This document shows positions 60,669-64,000 of a stretch of 64,000 nucleotides of DNA, one piece after another (the stretch's first letter is position 1; the number at the start of each line of letters is the position of its first letter). The stretch lies in the NCBI GenBank assembly GCA_963712745.1, contig CAVQJC010000011.1, positions 256,001 through 320,000 of the forward strand, in the 5' to 3' direction. The translations under genes were made by a program, and so were the position numbers. Origin of the DNA: an uncultured Chloroflexia bacterium. Its GTDB lineage: Bacteria > Chloroflexota > Limnocylindria > Limnocylindrales > CSP1-4. The notes beneath the pieces were generated by a model that had not been told where the DNA came from, ran no database searches, and worked only from the letters and a program-made list of their open reading frames with translations.

Positions 60669-61781
60669 ATGACACGAGCCAAGCGGCGAGTTCACCCGAG
60701 TCCTGTCGACACCACGCCCGCCGTGTCCGCGAATGTCGCTGCGGGCGTGCCCACGATGCGTGACATCGCCAAGGCCACCAGCGTCTCGCAATCGACGGTG
60801 TCACGGATCCTGAGCGGCACTCCCACTGCCATCCCCATCGCGGAGGCGACACGCGAACGGGTCCTGGAGACGGCCAAGCGTCTCGGCTACAGACCCAACC
60901 CACTGGCGCGTGGACTGATGGGCGCACGGACCATGCTTCTCGGCGCCATCGTCCGAGACATCACCGACCCGAGCTTTCCAGCCATCATCGAGGCTGTCAC
61001 CACCGAAGCCGGCAGACACGGCTACAACGTCGTGCTGGGCCATGCCCGAGGGAGCGCAGGCGAAGCGGTCGAGCTCTGGGCCATCCTGGAATCGCGCCAC
61101 TGCGACGCGATCCTGTTGCTTGGTGACTTGAGCAATCAGCCGGCGCTCATCGAAGGCCTTGAGAGCACGCGCGAGCCGGTCGTGGCGCTCTGGCACGGCT
61201 CACGTTCTACCGTGATCCCGACCGTCAACGTCAACAACCGCAGCGCGATCACGACCCTGATGGAGCATCTCGCCTCGCTGGGGCACGAGCGCATCGCCTT
61301 CGTCGGCAGGAAGCAGTTGGGAGACATCGTAGAGCGTGGGGAGGCCTATGAGGCCTTCCTCGAGCGCCAAGGCTGGCAGATCAACCCGGAGTACATGCCA
61401 GACGCCATCAACGAGTACGAAGGCGGCATGGAGGCGCTGCATCGTCTGATGGATCTGGAGGAGCCCCCGACGGCCATCGTCGGCGCGACCGATGTCCTTG
61501 CCATCGGCCTGGTGCACGCGGCGCTCCAGCGGGGCCTCCGGGTGCCGGAGGATGTGTCGGTGACCGGTATCGACGACATCCCGGGGGCTCATGTGATCAT
61601 GCCGCCCCTGACGACGATGCGGATGCCCGTGCGGGCCATGGTCAAGGCCGCGATAGACATCGCCATCGGCTCGCTTGATCGAGAGTCCCACCCCGTGGTG
61701 GATGTCCACCCGGTGTTCGAGGCCGAACTCGTGGTTCGCGGTTCCACGGGGCCCCCACCTGATGCACCGACACGCGCATGA
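60669..61781 (+). CDS. LacI family regulator
   Basis: TMRDIAKATSVSQSTVSRIL, LGYRPNPLARGL, VPEDVSVTGIDD, PPLTT. Confidence 0.95.
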   Translation: MTRAKRRVHPSPVDTTPAVSANVAAGVPTMRDIAKATSVSQSTVSRILSGTPTAIPIAEATRERVLETAKRLGYRPNPLARGLMGARTMLLGAIVRDITDPSFPAIIEAVTTEAGRHGYNVVLGHARGSAGEAVELWAILESRHCDAILLLGDLSNQPALIEGLESTREPVVALWHGSRSTVIPTVNVNNRSAITTLMEHLASLGHERIAFVGRKQLGDIVERGEAYEAFLERQGWQINPEYMPDAINEYEGGMEALHRLMDLEEPPTAIVGATDVLAIGLVHAALQRGLRVPEDVSVTGIDDIPGAHVIMPPLTTMRMPVRAMVKAAIDIAIGSLDRESHPVVDVHPVFEAELVVRGSTGPPPDAPTRA

Positions 61782-62049
61782 CCGCGCCTCGCTTCGCCGT
61801 GCACCTCGATCGTTAGCCTGCCCGGCGCAACTCGGCTACCAGGGGCGACTCAGGTCATGCGGCCCCAACGGCGCCAACGGCCTCGCCGCCCGCCGTCTTC
61901 TCGCGCAGTATCCATCCGAGGGTCGCTCGCTCGATCGCGTCACCACGCACTGGACTGTCCGGTGGAGGCCAAGGTGGAGCTGACGGCCAAGAGGAAGCAT
62001 CAAGGCCCCGAGAAGGTAGTCCCGAGGCCTGTGTCACGAATCGAAGAGT

Positions 62050-62124
62050 TGGCTGGCGAGGAAGGATTCGAACCTTCAATCCCCTGATCCAGAGTCAGGT
62101 GCCTTACCGTTTGGCCACTCGCCA
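62050..62124 (-). tRNA. tRNA-Gln(CTG)
   Basis: Cloverleaf TGGCGAG/CTCGCCA acceptor (U1-A72), CCTGA-CT-CTG-GA-TCAGG anticodon arm, GGTTCGAATCC T arm, encoded CCA. Confidence 0.97.
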
Positions 62125-62237
62125 GCGACGACGTCAGGATACCAAATCACCGCCACACCCCCTCTCGGCCGCCAGACGAGAGGCCCCCGCTCTTTGGTAG
62201 CGTTGGGGCACGCCCGAACGTCGTCGCTGGAGACCCC

Positions 62238-63857
62238 GTGCCCGAGATCATCCATGGCATCGAACGCCGCCCGTTGGAGTCCGGCAAATCGCTGTTCGAT
62301 TATGCCGACGAGGTCTCGGTCGCCGTTCCCCAATCGTGTGGCCGCTCGGGCCGCTGCCGCGAGTGCGTGGTCGAGGTCCGCCAGGGCGGTGATGCCCTCT
62401 CGCCCCGCACCGAAGCGGAGGAGTACCTGCCCGCCGATTTCCGGCTTGCCTGCCAGGCGGAGATCGTCTCGCTCGACCACGACGTCGAGTTCGCCATCAT
62501 CCGCCGGCGCATGCATATCCTCGAGGAGGCCGGTGAGCCCATCACCGAGATCGACCCCGTCGTCACCACCACCGAGCACGCGGTGCTCTACGACGGCGTC
62601 ACGCTGGACCTGCGCCGCCAGCACGTGCTGGGCCTGGCCGTCGACGTGGGCACGACCACGGTCGTCTTCCGTCTCATCGACCTGACCGACGGCCACGTCG
62701 TGAGCGGCGGTGCCTTCGAGAACCCCCAGCGCTTTGGCGGCAGCGACGTGATGAGTCGCATCGGGTATGAGCGCGACCACCCCGGCACCTTGCGCAAGGC
62801 TCTCCGGCGTGCGCTCAACGCGGGCCTCAAGGACATCTACAAGGAGCTGAGCATCGACCGCCACGAGGTCTACGAGGCCATGGTCGTGGCCAACTCCACG
62901 ATGCGCGATCTCTTCTTCGACATCGACGTCCGGCCCATCGGCGAGATGCCCTACAAGTCGGTGACCGAGCTGGCCGTGCTCCGTGGCGAGACCGACTCCA
63001 CCTGGGTCAGCAAGCGCGCCTACGAGCTGGGCATCCTCATCCACCCGCAGGCCCGCGTGGTCGGTGCTCCGCTCATCGCCAGCCACGTGGGCGGGGATGT
63101 GGCGGCTGACCTGGTCGCTACCGACTTCGGCTCGGCGCCCGGCTCCAGCCTGCTCATCGACATCGGCACCAACACCGAGATCGTGGCCACCGACGGCAAG
63201 CACATCGTGGCCGCGTCGAGCCCGGCCGGTCCGGCCTTCGAGGGCGGCATGCTGCGCTTCGGCATGGCCGGCGCTGACGGCGCCATCGAGGCGGTCCACA
63301 TCAACGACGACGAGTTCGTCTACCAGGTCATCGGTGGCTACGAGCCCGAGGGCATCTGCGGCTCCGGCCTGGTCGACATCATCGCCGAGCTGCGCCGCCT
63401 CGAATGGATGAGCCCGGAGGGTCGCTTCATCCACGGCGGCAGCGAGTACGCCATCGCACCCCTGCGCGGCATCACCTTCTCGCGTTCCGACGCCAGCCAG
63501 CTGGCCCAGGCCAAGGCCTCCAACGCCTCGGGCCAGCGCATCCTGCTGCGGCGACTGGGCCTGGCCGCGGACGAGGTCGACCACATCTACCTCGCCGGCG
63601 GCTTCGCCAATGCCATCGACATCGAGAACGCCATCGCCATCGGCTTCCTGGCCCAGGTCCGGCCAGAGCGTGTGGAGCGGGTCGGCAACTCCGCCCTGCG
63701 TGGCGCCACCATGCTGCTGCTTTCACGTCGGCGGCGCGAGTCGCTGAGCGAGCTCATCGGCCGCATCGAACACGTCGAGCTGGAGACCGAACCCGATTTC
63801 TTCGACCTCTTCGTCGACGGCTGCCTCTTCCATCCCATCCCCACCGCCGCCGCATAG
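62238..63857 (+). CDS. ASKHA/DUF4445 reductive activator of corrinoid proteins (RACo/AcsV-like) with N-terminal 2Fe-2S domain
   Basis: CGRSGRCREC...RLACQ; AVDVGTTT, NPQRFGGSDVMSRI, VGGD, IDIGTNTE, AGPAFEG, GICGSG, AGGF, VGNSA. Confidence 0.9.
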   Translation: MPEIIHGIERRPLESGKSLFDYADEVSVAVPQSCGRSGRCRECVVEVRQGGDALSPRTEAEEYLPADFRLACQAEIVSLDHDVEFAIIRRRMHILEEAGEPITEIDPVVTTTEHAVLYDGVTLDLRRQHVLGLAVDVGTTTVVFRLIDLTDGHVVSGGAFENPQRFGGSDVMSRIGYERDHPGTLRKALRRALNAGLKDIYKELSIDRHEVYEAMVVANSTMRDLFFDIDVRPIGEMPYKSVTELAVLRGETDSTWVSKRAYELGILIHPQARVVGAPLIASHVGGDVAADLVATDFGSAPGSSLLIDIGTNTEIVATDGKHIVAASSPAGPAFEGGMLRFGMAGADGAIEAVHINDDEFVYQVIGGYEPEGICGSGLVDIIAELRRLEWMSPEGRFIHGGSEYAIAPLRGITFSRSDASQLAQAKASNASGQRILLRRLGLAADEVDHIYLAGGFANAIDIENAIAIGFLAQVRPERVERVGNSALRGATMLLLSRRRRESLSELIGRIEHVELETEPDFFDLFVDGCLFHPIPTAAA

Positions 63858-64000
63858 GGCGGCCACGGCCGACGTCGCAGCGTGGGCTGGACCCCGGTCC
63901 CTCCGCCGAGGTCGTAGTCCGTTCGGCAGTCGACACCGTCGTGAGGGCGCTGGCACCATCGAGGCAGGGCGCCGAGCTGGTGTGCCCCGTTCCGGAGGAA

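Larger units (their letters stand above)
51034..62090. mobile_element. tRNA-Gln-integrated metabolic islet (~11 kb), no integrase inside
   Basis: Bounded by the intact tRNA and its displaced 3' fragment in the same orientation, on the tRNA's downstream side. Confidence 0.7.

Noticed and set aside
1-64000. CRISPR array, transposases, prophage genes, integrase
   Set aside because: No regularly spaced repeat-spacer array or recognisable motifs were seen by eye

Overview
High-GC bacterial chromosomal segment; the gene repertoire resembles Chloroflexota such as Limnocylindria, which is inference only. The left ~24 kb holds envelope and housekeeping genes: an M23 peptidase, tnaA, a Kv channel, an FG-GAP protein, a GT4 next to a YghO/ceramide-synthase-like GNAT, a TetR module, a STAND adenylate cyclase and hydrolases. 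The right ~38 kb is a carbohydrate-catabolism hotspot: xylA, a flavinylation electron-transfer trio, four sugar ABC systems, a nagA/ROK/UPF0309-SIS cluster and an IclR/esterase cluster. It ends at tRNA-Gln(CTG) and a RACo-type corrinoid activator gene. The top finding is an ~11 kb integrase-less islet bounded by tRNA-Gln and a degenerate copy of its 3' half (51034-51075). It carries one LacI-controlled operon: araA, a sugar ABC importer, a glycyl-radical activase and an unusually short glycyl radical enzyme with non-PFL motifs (AACWE, RVWGWS). There is no kinase or epimerase, so this is a candidate radical-based sugar catabolic pathway. Eight genes carry apparent 1-nt indels, several right after GATC, which are most likely sequencing errors. 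All calls are motif recognition by eye; no searches were run.
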